Positions 63,491 through 64,000 of a stretch of DNA of 64,000 nucleotides are shown piece after piece. Source of the stretch: Eledone cirrhosa (Eukaryota); NCBI GenBank assembly GCA_964016885.1, contig OZ024740.1, forward strand, positions 42,904,001 to 42,968,000, written 5' to 3'. How positions within the stretch are numbered: the first letter of the stretch is position 1; each line of letters starts with the position of its first letter. The notes beneath the pieces are model-generated. The model was given only the letters and a program-made list of their open reading frames with translations. It made no database searches and was not told the DNA's origin. The position numbers were made by a program, and so were the translations under genes.

Positions 63491-63889
63491 TCTTTTCATT
63501 CGAAGAATATAAAAAAATTTATTTTGAAACTTTTTCATTATTTGCTAAACCTTGATTATATATGTTCTGGCTCGTTAATTTATTAATCTGCCATTGAACC
63601 ACATTGACATATGGTTGGACAATACATGTGTCCCTTAGCGCCTTTTGCGTGTAGGAACACATATCCTATTATTACTATCCTCCTCTAAGTTGAGAAAAAA
63701 AATTTGGTCATTCCGACTACTGCTAGCGATAGTGGTGGCCGATTGACCTACCCCCCTCTGCCTCTATCTTTACTTTCGGCCCTTGAAAAAATTGATTCCA
63801 CTTCATTTACTCTCATCTCGGGAACAGTTTTGGATAGCGCTAGTTCGTAATTTAAATTCAAGAATTTTATATTCTTCGAATGAAAAGAT

Positions 63890-63970
63890 CCTTCTGACGA
63901 GAATCTTTCTTTGCAACGAAGGCCGTATGGTCTCCGTTTATTTTTGAGATTCGAAACCGATCGGTAAAGG
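63890..63970 (+). ncRNA. Type I hammerhead ribozyme, apparently intact
   Basis: cctt CTGACGA gaatct..agattc GAAA ccgatcg GTA aagg; stem III palindrome accgatcggt; predicted cleavage after 63966. Confidence 0.9.
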
Positions 63971-64000
63971 TAACTATAGTAAGTAAAGATAATTTTTTAA

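Larger units (their letters stand above)
63335..64000 (+). mobile_element. ~484-nt-period non-coding HHR element with inverted 5' copy (63335-63514); runs off window end
   Basis: 63379-63514 is the reverse complement of ~63865-64000; 63335-63381 inverted at 63515-63562. Confidence 0.85.

Overview
AT-rich, repeat-saturated eukaryotic DNA with no host protein-coding exon that I can support. The SINE families and microsatellite load resemble an octopus/coleoid cephalopod genome (inference, not searched). It contains an RTE-clade 5' portion, a CRE fragment, a cluster of R4/Dong and Tx1/L1 retrotransposons in (ATT)n tracts (27.3-44.7 kb), two Helitrons, two Penelope-like (RT+GIY-YIG) remnants, tRNA-derived SINEs and many micro/minisatellites. 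The ORF track misses the strongest signal: about 19 type I hammerhead ribozyme (HHR) motifs found by eye, ranging from intact to decayed, mostly in short non-coding elements whose 3' ends abut (TA)n tracts. These include a ~485-nt non-coding monomer family with terminal direct repeats (at one locus the repeat starts within 3-4 nt of the predicted cleavage site; retrozyme or non-autonomous Penelope-like), and HHRs with a compensatory U3-A8 core. All folds and coordinates were worked out by hand; no cleavage activity is shown. Most short ORFs in the track are microsatellite or antisense artefacts.
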